NCBI GenBank assembly: GCA_964638795.1 | Contig: CAZXAX010000001.1 | Span: 1-54,754 of the forward strand | Direction of reading: 5' to 3' | DNA length: 54,754 nt | Source of the DNA: an uncultured Bifidobacterium sp. | GTDB taxonomy: Bacteria > Actinomycetota > Acidimicrobiia > Acidimicrobiales > Ilumatobacteraceae | Shown here: one piece after another, positions 8,536 to 17,623 of the stretch | Position numbering within the stretch: position 1 is the first letter of the stretch | Layout of the letters: every line of letters begins with the position of its first letter | Notes under the pieces: model-generated | Told to the model about the DNA's origin: nothing | Database searches by the model: none | The model's input: only the letters and a program-made list of their open reading frames with translations | Program-made: the position numbers and the translations under genes

Positions 8536-9303
8536 TCAGGCGCCGACGGCGTGGAACCCGCCGTCAACGTGGATGATCTCGCCCGTTGTGGCAGGAAAGA
8601 GATCTGACATCAGGGCCACACATGCCTTGGCAACGGGCTCTGAGTTCTTGACGTCCCAACCAAGCGGAGCACGCTCATCCCAGATGTCTTCAAACTTGGC
8701 AAACCCGGGAATTGATTTTGCAGCCATGGTCTTAATGGGCCCTGCTGCCACAAGGTTGCAACGTATCCCTCGTGGACCCAGTTCCTTGGCTAGATATCGG
8801 TTGGCACCTTCGAGGGCGGCTTTGGCAACTCCCATCCAGTTGTAAGCAGGCCACGCAACCGTGTTGTCGAAATCAAGACCAACGATGCTGCCCCCTTGTG
8901 TCATGAGTGGCAGGAAAGCATCAGCCATGGTCTTTAAGGAGTACGCCGAAATTTCCATCGCTACTGCGACGTCTTTCCATGTGGCAGCCAAGAAATCATC
9001 ACCAAGACAAACCTCTGGGGCAAAGCCAATTGCGTGCAACACGCCGTCAACGCGACCCAGTGCTGATTGCACGTCGTTACGTACAGACTCAACGTGCTCG
9101 GGCACAGTGACATCAAATTCGAATACGGGCACTGGAGTATCAAGGCGCTTAGTGGTGCGATCCGTTAGTGCCTTGGCTCGGCCGGCACCCGTCAACACAA
9201 TGTTGGCTCCTTCGCGTTGAGCCAGCTGTGCAAAGCCGAACGCCAGCGAGGCATCGGTAAGTACGCCGGTTACGACAATGTTTTTGCCCGACAACAATCC
9301 CAT
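8536..9303 (-). CDS. fabI: NADH-dependent enoyl-ACP reductase, InhA type
   Basis: From ATG 9303 the protein reads 'MGLLSGKNIVVTGVLTDASLAFGFA', with 'AYNWMGVAKAALE' and 'NLVAAGPIKT' further on. These are collinear with mycobacterial InhA as I recall it. The ORF-track 5' extension to 9603 is not credible. Confidence 0.92.
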   Translation of the reverse strand: MGLLSGKNIVVTGVLTDASLAFGFAQLAQREGANIVLTGAGRAKALTDRTTKRLDTPVPVFEFDVTVPEHVESVRNDVQSALGRVDGVLHAIGFAPEVCLGDDFLAATWKDVAVAMEISAYSLKTMADAFLPLMTQGGSIVGLDFDNTVAWPAYNWMGVAKAALEGANRYLAKELGPRGIRCNLVAAGPIKTMAAKSIPGFAKFEDIWDERAPLGWDVKNSEPVAKACVALMSDLFPATTGEIIHVDGGFHAVGA

Positions 9304-9365
9304 GCCTACGAAGGTAGTGGGAGTGGGGGCGGTACGAAGGGCTCTCTTGTGTAAGGCTTGCACGG

Positions 9366-10040
9366 ATGCACGTTGGAATCTTTGGAGGTACCGGCCCGGC
9401 TGGAAGCGCACTCGGCGCTCGCTTGGCCTCGGTCGGATATTCAGTGGTGCTTGGCTCGCGTTCCGCTGAGCGCGCTGATGAAGTTGTCCGCGGTCTTGTA
9501 GCCGAATACCCAGAGATCGCCGATCACTTAGCAGGTGGTGACAACCTGGCTGCAGCAAAGTGCGAAATTGTGGTAATCGCAACACCATGGGATGGTGCGG
9601 CAACCACGGCTCAAGAGTTCGCTAATGAACTCGATGGCAAAGTCGTGATCTCGATGGCAAATGCACTCGTGCGAGTTGGTAAAGAATTCCAACCGTTAGT
9701 TCCCCCACGTGGAAGCGTTGCCGCTCACGTGCAGGCGGCAGTGCCGAATTGTCGCCTAGTGGCTGCTTTCCATCACTTGCCGGCAAAGGAACTCGGACAC
9801 CTTGGGGAACCGATTGACAGCGATGTATTGATCTGCAGTGACTTTCCTTCCGCAACAGAAGTTGTAATCGAAATGGTCAAGAAAATTCCGGGTTGTCGCC
9901 CGCTCGATTCGGGTGAACTCTCAAATGCAACCGCGATCGAAGCTTTTACTGCGGTTCTCTTGCAGTTGAATGTTCGTTACAAGACCCGTGTTGCACCCAA
10001 ATTGAATGGCATCAAGGGCGATCCACGCGATCGCAAGTAG
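9366..10040 (+). CDS. npdG: NADPH-dependent F420 reductase (NpdG/Fno family)
   Basis: Rossmann N-terminus 'MHVGIFGGTGPAGSALGARLASVGYSVVLGSRS'. Length is about 224 aa and the overall pattern fits the family. Confidence 0.8.
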   Translation: MHVGIFGGTGPAGSALGARLASVGYSVVLGSRSAERADEVVRGLVAEYPEIADHLAGGDNLAAAKCEIVVIATPWDGAATTAQEFANELDGKVVISMANALVRVGKEFQPLVPPRGSVAAHVQAAVPNCRLVAAFHHLPAKELGHLGEPIDSDVLICSDFPSATEVVIEMVKKIPGCRPLDSGELSNATAIEAFTAVLLQLNVRYKTRVAPKLNGIKGDPRDRK

Positions 10041-10052
10041 CGTTACAAAACG

Positions 10053-11180
10053 ATGGTGATGCGCCTTTACGACACCGCGAAGTCTGCGGTGGTGTCCTTT
10101 GAACCAAATCCAACTGTGTTGATGTACACATGTGGAATCACGCCGTATGACGCTACGCATCTGGGGCATGCTGCGACTTTTGTTGCCTACGACGTACTTC
10201 AGCGTCGCTTGATTGACATGGGTCATGAAGTCAAGTGTGTGCGAAACGTGACCGATGTGGACGATCCACTATTTGCAAAAGCACGCGAGCTCGGTGTTCA
10301 TTACCTTGATCTCGCCGCAGGTGAAGAGGCGCGGTTCGAGGCCGATATGAGAGCACTCAATGTGCTGCCCGTATTCAGTGCGCCGCGCGCTTCTTCTGCC
10401 ATATCGGACATTCGCGGATTCATTGGAATGGTTCTTGATCGTGGTTACGCCTACGAGGCCGGTGGGTCGGTTTACTTCGATGTCTCAAAGTCGCCGTCGT
10501 TTGGTTCGGTATCTCACTATTCGCGTGACGAAATGATTGCGTTTGCAAAAGAGCGTGGCGGAAACGTGGATGACCCTTACAAGCGGAATCCACTTGATTT
10601 CGTTCTTTGGCATCCATCGGCAGCTGATGAGCCGAGTTGGGACTCGTTGTGGGGTTCAGGTCGTCCGGGTTGGCATATTGAATGCTCGGCACTTGCGTTG
10701 CGTGAACTTGGCACCACCATTGACCTACACGGTGGTGGAACCGATCTGATTTTTCCGCACCATGAATGTGAGCGAGCACAGTCCGAGGCCGCAACAGGTG
10801 AGCCATTTGTGCGTCATTGGATGCACGTTGCAATGGTGTTTATGAATGGTCACAAGATGTCAAAAAGTCTCGGCAATCTCGTATTCATCGATCGCCTCAG
10901 GCGCGAGCATGATCCACGAGCAATTCGTCTCATGATCAGTGCGAACCACTACCGCAAAGAGTGGGAGTGGAATGACACGTTGATGCCTGCCGCCACGGCG
11001 CGCTTGGCGGCATGGTCTGCTTCTGCTGACTCGCGAGACTCAGAGTCGGTTCTGCAGGATGTGCGCAACGCATTGGACGAAGATCTGGATACGCCCGCTG
11101 CTGTGTCGATCATCGATAAAGCCGCAGCCGCAGGTTTCGCCACACGTAACGCAGCTGCCCTTTTGGGCGTGGACCTTTAG
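10053..11180 (+). CDS. mshC: L-cysteine:1D-myo-inositol 2-amino-2-deoxy-alpha-D-glucopyranoside ligase (mycothiol ligase)
   Basis: CysRS-like class I core ('CGITPYDATHLGHA', 'GHKMSKSLGN') without an anticodon-binding domain (375 aa). The C-terminus 'ALLGVDL' matches mycobacterial MshC as I recall it. Confidence 0.88.
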   Translation: MVMRLYDTAKSAVVSFEPNPTVLMYTCGITPYDATHLGHAATFVAYDVLQRRLIDMGHEVKCVRNVTDVDDPLFAKARELGVHYLDLAAGEEARFEADMRALNVLPVFSAPRASSAISDIRGFIGMVLDRGYAYEAGGSVYFDVSKSPSFGSVSHYSRDEMIAFAKERGGNVDDPYKRNPLDFVLWHPSAADEPSWDSLWGSGRPGWHIECSALALRELGTTIDLHGGGTDLIFPHHECERAQSEAATGEPFVRHWMHVAMVFMNGHKMSKSLGNLVFIDRLRREHDPRAIRLMISANHYRKEWEWNDTLMPAATARLAAWSASADSRDSESVLQDVRNALDEDLDTPAAVSIIDKAAAAGFATRNAAALLGVDL

Positions 11181-11236
11181 TCGCAGCCGTAATTGGGGGC
11201 TCAACTTCGGGTCTGCTGCGTAGAATTGGGACCGTT

Positions 11237-13216
11237 ATGTCGCAGATATCGGTTTCGCTTCCGGATGGTTCCAAGAGGGATCTTGAATCGGGAGCAACTG
11301 CGATCGATCTGGCTAAATCAATCGGCTCCGGGCTGGCAAAGGCCGCCGTTGGTGCCGTTGTCAATGGTGCAGAGTCTGATCTAACCGCTCCGTTGCCAGA
11401 CGGTGCCCAAGTAGCGATCATTACTGCTGCTACCGATGAGGGACGCCATTTACTGCGACACTCAACTGCTCACGTATTGGCACAGGCAGTGGTCCAACTT
11501 TTCCCGGGTTCCAAATTCACCATCGGGCCCGCAATCGAAGATGGTTTCTATTACGACTTTGATCTTCCAAATGGCAAGACTTTCTCAGAAGAAGATCTTG
11601 AACTCATCAGTAACAAGATGCGTGAGATCATCAAAGCCGATCAACCATTTGTTCGTTCTGAAGTGTCAGTGAGCGACGCGCTGCAACTTTTCGCCGATCA
11701 GCCTTACAAGTGCGAGATCATTCAGCGCGTAACCGGTGGTGGAGCTGATGGCGCCGATGCCGGGGAGGTTGGCAGCGGGGAGTCAATCAGTGTGTATCGA
11801 AATACGGACACATTCGTTGACCTGTGTCGTGGGCCCCACGTGCCATCAACTGGCAGACTCGGCCACTTCGCTCTGCAAAAAGTTGCTGGGGCCTACTGGC
11901 GGGGGAGCGAAAAAGGCCCGATGCTCCAGCGGATTTATGGCACAGCATGGGAATCCAAGGCCGCACTCGAAGAGCATCTAACGCGTCTCGCTGAAGCGGA
12001 AAAACGCGATCACCGGAGACTCGCAACTGAACTCGACCTGCTTTCGTTTCCGAGCGAACTCGGCGGTGGGCTGGCTGTATGGCACCCGAAGGGTGCAATC
12101 GTTCGTAAGTTGATGGAGGACTACTCGCGTGCGCGCCATGAACGCGAGTATCAGTTCGTATATACCCCGCACTTGGCGAACGCGAATCTGTTTGCTACCT
12201 CGGGTCACCTCGACTTCTACAAAGACGGAATGTATCCGCCGATGGAAATGGACAACGGTGTCTATTACCCAAAGCCGATGAATTGCCCAATGCATTGTCT
12301 GATCTTCCGCAGCCGGCAGCGCAGCTATCGCGAACTTCCGTTACGGCTTTTTGAATTAGGAACCGTTTACCGCTACGAGCGAGCCGGCACTCTTCATGGT
12401 CTAATGCGAATTCGTGGATTCACCCAGGATGACAGCCACATCTATTGCACCGAAGACCAGTTGCAGGATGAGATCATCTCGTTGTTGGACTTCATCATGA
12501 GTGTTCTACGCGCATTTGGCTTTAACGAGTTCACCGCGAACTTGAGTACCAAGGACCCGAACAAGTACGTGGGTTCGGACTCAATTTGGGAAAAAGCTAC
12601 CGAAGCTTTGCGTGGCGCATTGGACACTTACGGTCTTGAGTACAAGATCAAGGAAGGCGACGCAGCTTTCTACGGGCCAAAGATTGATATTGACGTTCGC
12701 GATGCGATTGGCCGCAAATGGCAATTGAGCACCATTCAATGCGACTTCAATCTTCCTGACCGCTTTGAACTTGAATACGTGGGATCCGACAACGCCCGCC
12801 ATCGGCCGATCATGGTGCATCGTGCTTTGTTTGGCTCAGTGGAGCGGTTCTTTGGAGTGCTCGTTGAGCACTTCGCCGGCGCTTTTCCGGCGTGGCTTGC
12901 CCCAGTGCAGGTCAAGGTGCTTGCAGTTGCCCAGGCACACGAAGAATATGCAGCGTCGATTGTTCAACACTTGAGTGCCCAGGGATTTCGGGCAGAAGCA
13001 GTGATTGCTGATGACCAGCTTGGCAAACGTATCCGTAATGCGAAGGTTGAGAAAGTTCCCTATGTGTTGGTAGTTGGCGATGATGACCTAGCAAATGGCA
13101 CAGTGGGCGTTAACCCGCGGGGTGGCGATGTGCAGCGTGATGTGGCTTTGAAGGATTTTGTGAACACGTTGCGCGCCGACGTAGCAGAGGCGGCAATACC
13201 GGGTCTCTCTCAATGA
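11237..13216 (+). CDS. thrS: threonine--tRNA ligase
   Basis: 659 aa. TGS N-terminus 'ISVSLPDGSKRDLESGATAIDLAKSIG', an editing domain and a class II core 'HRPIMVHRALFGSVERFFG'. Confidence 0.97.
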   Translation: MSQISVSLPDGSKRDLESGATAIDLAKSIGSGLAKAAVGAVVNGAESDLTAPLPDGAQVAIITAATDEGRHLLRHSTAHVLAQAVVQLFPGSKFTIGPAIEDGFYYDFDLPNGKTFSEEDLELISNKMREIIKADQPFVRSEVSVSDALQLFADQPYKCEIIQRVTGGGADGADAGEVGSGESISVYRNTDTFVDLCRGPHVPSTGRLGHFALQKVAGAYWRGSEKGPMLQRIYGTAWESKAALEEHLTRLAEAEKRDHRRLATELDLLSFPSELGGGLAVWHPKGAIVRKLMEDYSRARHEREYQFVYTPHLANANLFATSGHLDFYKDGMYPPMEMDNGVYYPKPMNCPMHCLIFRSRQRSYRELPLRLFELGTVYRYERAGTLHGLMRIRGFTQDDSHIYCTEDQLQDEIISLLDFIMSVLRAFGFNEFTANLSTKDPNKYVGSDSIWEKATEALRGALDTYGLEYKIKEGDAAFYGPKIDIDVRDAIGRKWQLSTIQCDFNLPDRFELEYVGSDNARHRPIMVHRALFGSVERFFGVLVEHFAGAFPAWLAPVQVKVLAVAQAHEEYAASIVQHLSAQGFRAEAVIADDQLGKRIRNAKVEKVPYVLVVGDDDLANGTVGVNPRGGDVQRDVALKDFVNTLRADVAEAAIPGLSQ

Positions 13217-13740
13217 GCGACAAACTCGATCGTCTGTGGAACGGATGGCGGTCCACTTACGTTGTGAGTAATGGTCGTGAGGGATCACACGACCCAAATG
13301 ATTCACGCTCGGTATTCACACAAATTCGTGAGAGCGGACTCTCAGATTCAGAGACAAATATCGTGTTTCAAGGCGACCATGTGTTTGCAATCATGAACGC
13401 TTTTCCTTATTCACCTGGCCATGTGCTTGTTTTACCCAAGCGAGAAATCCCTGACCTGGAAAATCTGAATCCCGAAGAGCAAATTGAGCTCTGGAGTGTT
13501 GTCCGTGACGCCGTCACTGCGGTGCGCACGGCTTTTCGGCCCGAAGGCATAAATGTCGGTGTGAACCTTGGAAAAGCAGCGGGAGGGAGCATCCCGCAAC
13601 ACCTTCATGTTCATATCGTTCCGCGTTGGCTTGGTGATTCCAACTTCATGACCAGTGTGGCGAATACCCGAACACTGCCTTTGGCACTTTCGGATACCGC
13701 AGATCGCATTCGTGGCAGTTGGCCTGTAGACACTAAGTGA
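13213..13740 (+). CDS. HIT-family nucleotide hydrolase/phosphorylase (Ap4A phosphorylase-like)
   Basis: Histidine triad 'QHLHVHIVPR'. ATGA overlap with thrS. Same position as Rv2613c in the mycobacterial thrS-HIT-pgsA1-patA-pimA cluster. Confidence 0.85.
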   Translation: MSDKLDRLWNGWRSTYVVSNGREGSHDPNDSRSVFTQIRESGLSDSETNIVFQGDHVFAIMNAFPYSPGHVLVLPKREIPDLENLNPEEQIELWSVVRDAVTAVRTAFRPEGINVGVNLGKAAGGSIPQHLHVHIVPRWLGDSNFMTSVANTRTLPLALSDTADRIRGSWPVDTK

Positions 13741-13757
13741 AGATTGTTAGGTGAACC

Positions 13758-14288
13758 ATGAACGAAAAAGATGAGACCACTAATGCGAATGAAATTCGTG
13801 ACACGCTTCCAGCAGACCTTGATGCTTCGGCTTTCGTAGGGCCCTATAAGTTTCCCGACAACAGTCGGCGGCGAATTCCTGGATACATGTACATGGCAAT
13901 TGGGGCACTGATGATCGTCGCTTGGATCGTCAAGCGCGACTCCGATGCCGTGCTAGTCAATCGCGGCCTTTTAATTGGGGGAATCACTGTTGCCGCGTTT
14001 GGAATGTTCAGCATCAGTTCTGGTTGGCGAATGAAGGTTGATGAGAAAATTGCTTTGCGTAATGCCACACAAGAAGTTGGATTTGCTGTTGGGCATGCAT
14101 CAGCACAACAGGTATGGCGTGGTTTACGTAGTCGACCAACCTGGCGCGTGCTTTGCTACTCGAGTGAACAGCCACCGTTGCAACGCGCGCTCGTATTAGT
14201 TGACGCTGTTGATGGCAGCATTGTGGAATGCCTTGTGGAATCAAACCCGGACAAGGATGCACCTGAATGGGCAGAGGTAGCGGACTAG
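13758..14288 (+). CDS. hypothetical membrane protein (two predicted TM helices plus a C-terminal soluble domain)
   Basis: AGGTGA lies upstream of the ATG. Hydrophobic spans are 'YMYMAIGALMIVAWIV' and 'LLIGGITVAAFGMFSISSGW'. I recognise no family. Confidence 0.6.
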   Translation: MNEKDETTNANEIRDTLPADLDASAFVGPYKFPDNSRRRIPGYMYMAIGALMIVAWIVKRDSDAVLVNRGLLIGGITVAAFGMFSISSGWRMKVDEKIALRNATQEVGFAVGHASAQQVWRGLRSRPTWRVLCYSSEQPPLQRALVLVDAVDGSIVECLVESNPDKDAPEWAEVAD

Positions 14289-14298
14289 CCTTTAGGCA

Positions 14299-14979
14299 AT
14301 GTTTGACGGCCAATTTCGTGCGCCAGTAGAGAAGGCAGTTAAGCCGCTCGGTGTAGCACTGCGCCGTACCGGTCTTTCACCTGATCATCTCACCGTTATT
14401 GGTTTGCTCGTTGCCGTTGGAGCCGCCTTCGCAATTGGTGCTGGCAAACTCCAACTGGGTCTTTTGCTGGTAGTGCTTGCAGCGTTGCCCGATCTGCTGG
14501 ATGGTGCGCTGGCCAAGGCATCAGGGGTAGCGAGCCAGCGCGGTGCGTTTTTCGATTCGGTGATGGACCGAGTGACCGATGCGGTTCTTTTTGGTGGCGT
14601 CGCTTGGTATTTCGCTTCGTATGAGTCAGAGCACATGGCACTGTTGCCTTTTGCGGTCATGGCTGTGTCTTCTTTGATCTCCTACGAACGCGCCAAAGCA
14701 GAATCACTTGGTCTGTCAGCAAAGGGCGGATTGATGGAGCGGGCTGAGCGCATCATTCTGTTGTGTATCGGATTGCTTTTCGATGGAATCCTCGTGCCTG
14801 TGATGTGGATCATGCTGGTGTTGACAGTGGTTACGGCCGTGCAACGCTTCATCAAAGTGTGGGCGCAGGCAGCCGTAGCTCCGGCTACGGAAGTGAAGCG
14901 TGACGCGCGCCGCTCACGTCGAGCATCGCGTCGGGCGGCATTCTCTGCTCGTGCCGCGCGAAGCCGCCCACGGCAGTGA
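14299..14979 (+). CDS. pgsA1: CDP-alcohol phosphatidyltransferase, phosphatidylinositol-phosphate synthase type
   Basis: Family motif 'DLLDGALAKASGVASQRGAFFDSVMDRVTD'. Multi-TM. Synteny with the HIT gene and pimA. Arg-rich C-terminal tail. Confidence 0.85.
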   Translation: MFDGQFRAPVEKAVKPLGVALRRTGLSPDHLTVIGLLVAVGAAFAIGAGKLQLGLLLVVLAALPDLLDGALAKASGVASQRGAFFDSVMDRVTDAVLFGGVAWYFASYESEHMALLPFAVMAVSSLISYERAKAESLGLSAKGGLMERAERIILLCIGLLFDGILVPVMWIMLVLTVVTAVQRFIKVWAQAAVAPATEVKRDARRSRRASRRAAFSARAARSRPRQ

Positions 14980-15905
14980 CAACACGCGGCAACAAGTCCC
15001 GTGGTCGGGATCACGCCGTGGTTTTTGCCTATCGGCTTGGTTATGCACTCGTCAGCAGACTGCCCGCAAAAGTTGCGTATCTCATCGGGGGAGGTGTTGG
15101 CTTTATCGCAGCGAACTTGATGCCAAAGAAACGGCGGATGCTTGAACGCCACCTTCGTCGAGTAAATCCACAGGTTGGCAGTAAGGAACTGCGAGCAACT
15201 TCGCATAAAGCCATCGTGTCCTACGTGCGTTACTACATCGAAAGTTTTCGCTTGCCAAGGCTCAGCCCAGCAACAGTTGCCGCAGGTTTTGACAAAGAAG
15301 GATTTGACCACATTCAATCGGCATTAGATAAGGGCAAGGGAGTGATCCTTGCATTGCCACACTTGGGTGGTTGGGAATGGGCTGGTCGTTGGTTGACCGA
15401 CCAAGGGCACAAGATGACCGTGGTTGTCGAGCCGTTGAAACCACCAGAACTTTTTGAATGGTTCGCAGGTCTTCGTTCCGCACTGGGAATGAACGTCGTA
15501 CCACTCGGACCCTCTGTGGCGGCTGAAATCAGTGCGGCACTCAAGCGCAATGAGGTGGTCTGTTTACTTTGTGATCGCGACATTCAGCGCACTGGAATTG
15601 CAGTGACAATGTTTGGTGAAGAGACCACTCTGCCTGGTGGGCCCGCGCTGCTTTCGATTCGATCAGGTGCCGCGTTGATTCCTGCAGCCGTTTACTTCGA
15701 CGGGAAAGTTGACGGCCACTGGGCGATCGTGCGCCCGCCACTTCAGATCGAGCGCGGTGAGAGCCTGCGCGATGACACCATGCGCTTAACCCAGTTATTA
15801 GCGCAAGAACTGGAATTTCTCATCAGACGCGCGCCAGAACAGTGGCATTTGTTGCAGCCGAACTGGCCGAGCGATCCCGGCTACCAAGTACCGTCTACTA
15901 GATGA
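14976..15905 (+). CDS. patA: phosphatidylinositol mannoside acyltransferase (LpxL/HtrB-type)
   Basis: GTGA overlap with pgsA1. The 'ALPHLGGWEWAGRW' acyltransferase box is present. It sits between pgsA1 and pimA, as in mycobacteria. Confidence 0.78.
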   Translation: MTTRGNKSRGRDHAVVFAYRLGYALVSRLPAKVAYLIGGGVGFIAANLMPKKRRMLERHLRRVNPQVGSKELRATSHKAIVSYVRYYIESFRLPRLSPATVAAGFDKEGFDHIQSALDKGKGVILALPHLGGWEWAGRWLTDQGHKMTVVVEPLKPPELFEWFAGLRSALGMNVVPLGPSVAAEISAALKRNEVVCLLCDRDIQRTGIAVTMFGEETTLPGGPALLSIRSGAALIPAAVYFDGKVDGHWAIVRPPLQIERGESLRDDTMRLTQLLAQELEFLIRRAPEQWHLLQPNWPSDPGYQVPSTR

Positions 15906-17080
15906 ATTCCGACACAAAGGGGAGCTCCCTGTCGCGGAAACTCCGTGTTGGAATGGTGTGCCCCTACAGCGTTTCTATTCCTGGCGGTGTGCAGGCCCAA
16001 GTTCTCGGCCTGGCTCGCCAACTGCGGTCGATGGGTCACGAAGTGCGCGTACTGGCACCTTGTGATGGCCCGCCACCGGCTCCCTTCGTGACACCACTTG
16101 GAAACAGCTTGCCCACTGCGGCAAATGGATCAGTGGCGCCGTTAGCGCCAGATGCGTCTGCAGCACTGCGAACAATTCGTGCTTTACGCGATGAAGATTT
16201 TGATGTGCTGCATATTCATGAGCCGTTCGCGCCGGGCCCGACTGTTACTGCTGCACTCATCCAATCGGCACCGATTGTCGCCACTTTTCATGCCGCTGGC
16301 GATTCCACCTCGTACCGATTTCTTCGACGTCAACTTAAATGGTTAGGCGAGAGAATCAGTAAGCGTGTTGCTGTCTCCAATGACGCACGCGCTCTCGTTA
16401 GTCGCTATTTAGGTGGTGAGTATGAGGTTCTCTACAACGGTGTTGAGATCACTCGATATGCGAACACTGGTGTGCAGCGTTCAGCAGTGCCTACCGTTTT
16501 CTTCTGCGGGCGCCACGAACCACGCAAGGGTTTAGACGTTCTATTAGAGGCACTCAGTTTGATGCCCGACAACGTGCGACTTTGGGTTGCATCAGATGGT
16601 CCAGACACAGCAAGGTTGCGTGAGGCGTATGCAACTGACCATCGAATTGAGTGGCTGGGTCGTATCAGTGATGACGAAAAACTGCGTCGCATGCAGTCTG
16701 CACATGTTTATTGCGCCCCGTCTTTGCGCGGGGAATCATTTGGTGTCGTTTTGTTGGAGGCAATGGCCGCTGGCGTGCCCATTGTGGCAAGCGACATTGA
16801 TGGCTATCGCAATGTGGCAACAGACCAAGTCAATGCGATGTTGGTGGAACCCGGAAATCCGCAAGATTTGGCACAGGCCCTAACGAGCCTGATTGGAGAT
16901 GATCAGCTCGCTGAAAAACTAACTATCGCTGGTTTGCAGCGTGCACAGCAATTCTCGATGGAGGCGTTGGCGCACCGATATGTGGAACTTTACAGAGAAG
17001 CCATTGCAGGAGCTTCCGTCGTGCAGTCGAGGTCCAGCCGTATGATTGGCATGTTGACCGGTAACGGGAGGAAGCAATGA
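15902..17080 (+). CDS. pimA: GT4 glycosyltransferase, phosphatidylinositol alpha-mannosyltransferase
   Basis: ATGA overlap with patA. GT-B fold with the EX7E box 'GESFGVVLLEAMAAGVPIVASD'. Cluster context supports the call. Confidence 0.85.
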   Translation: MNSDTKGSSLSRKLRVGMVCPYSVSIPGGVQAQVLGLARQLRSMGHEVRVLAPCDGPPPAPFVTPLGNSLPTAANGSVAPLAPDASAALRTIRALRDEDFDVLHIHEPFAPGPTVTAALIQSAPIVATFHAAGDSTSYRFLRRQLKWLGERISKRVAVSNDARALVSRYLGGEYEVLYNGVEITRYANTGVQRSAVPTVFFCGRHEPRKGLDVLLEALSLMPDNVRLWVASDGPDTARLREAYATDHRIEWLGRISDDEKLRRMQSAHVYCAPSLRGESFGVVLLEAMAAGVPIVASDIDGYRNVATDQVNAMLVEPGNPQDLAQALTSLIGDDQLAEKLTIAGLQRAQQFSMEALAHRYVELYREAIAGASVVQSRSSRMIGMLTGNGRKQ

Positions 17081-17622
17081 CAATCGCATTGATAGTGGTA
17101 GCGGTGCTGGTGGTGATAGTTGCCCTCATGTACAACGCGCTAGTGCGCGCTCGGGTGAGAGTGGAGAATGCTTGGGCACAGATCGACGTGCAGTTAAAGC
17201 GTCGTATCGACCTGATTCCGAATCTGGTCGAAACCGTCAAGGGTTACGCAACGCACGAACAAAAGACTCTTGATGCTGTAATTCAAGCCCGTAATGCCGC
17301 TTCGAGTGCTGCGGCAAGCCCGGCGGCTCAAGCGCAGGCATCCGATGCGCTATCCGGAGCGTTGCGACAGCTGTTTGCGCTTTCAGAGGCCTATCCGGAT
17401 CTCAAGGCAAATCAAAACTTTCTCGCACTGCAAGAAGAACTCTCGGCGACAGAAGGCCGGGTGGCCTATGCGCGCCAGTTTTACAACGACTCTGTGATGG
17501 CGTTCAACACTTCAATTCAAAAGTTTCCAACCCTCTTTCTTGCCCGTATAGGTGGGTTCACGGCCAAGGAGTTCTTCGAAGCCGACGCCGCGGATCGCGT
17601 GGTGCCTAAGGTGCAGTTCTGA
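17077..17622 (+). CDS. lemA: LemA-family membrane protein
   Basis: N-terminal TM segment followed by 'YNALVRARVRVENAWAQIDVQLKRRIDLIPNLVETVKGY'. This is a diagnostic LemA sequence. Confidence 0.9.
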   Translation: MTIALIVVAVLVVIVALMYNALVRARVRVENAWAQIDVQLKRRIDLIPNLVETVKGYATHEQKTLDAVIQARNAASSAAASPAAQAQASDALSGALRQLFALSEAYPDLKANQNFLALQEELSATEGRVAYARQFYNDSVMAFNTSIQKFPTLFLARIGGFTAKEFFEADAADRVVPKVQF

Positions 17623-17623
17623 C

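Noticed and set aside
9304-9603. 100-codon 5' extension of the fabI ORF (track start 9603).
   Set aside because: The extension is Arg/Gln/Pro-rich, overlaps the divergent npdG start, and precedes a perfect InhA-like N-terminus beginning at ATG 9303.
11182-11226. Inverted repeat CGCAGC...GCTGCG, followed by TAGAAT, upstream of thrS. I considered it as a T-box, a terminator or a promoter.
   Set aside because: The arms are only 6 bp with a 27-nt loop and no U-tract. The 56-nt spacer is far too short for a T-box. TAGAAT lies 10 nt before the ATG and could be a -10 element, but there is no supporting -35 or extended motif. I left it uncalled.
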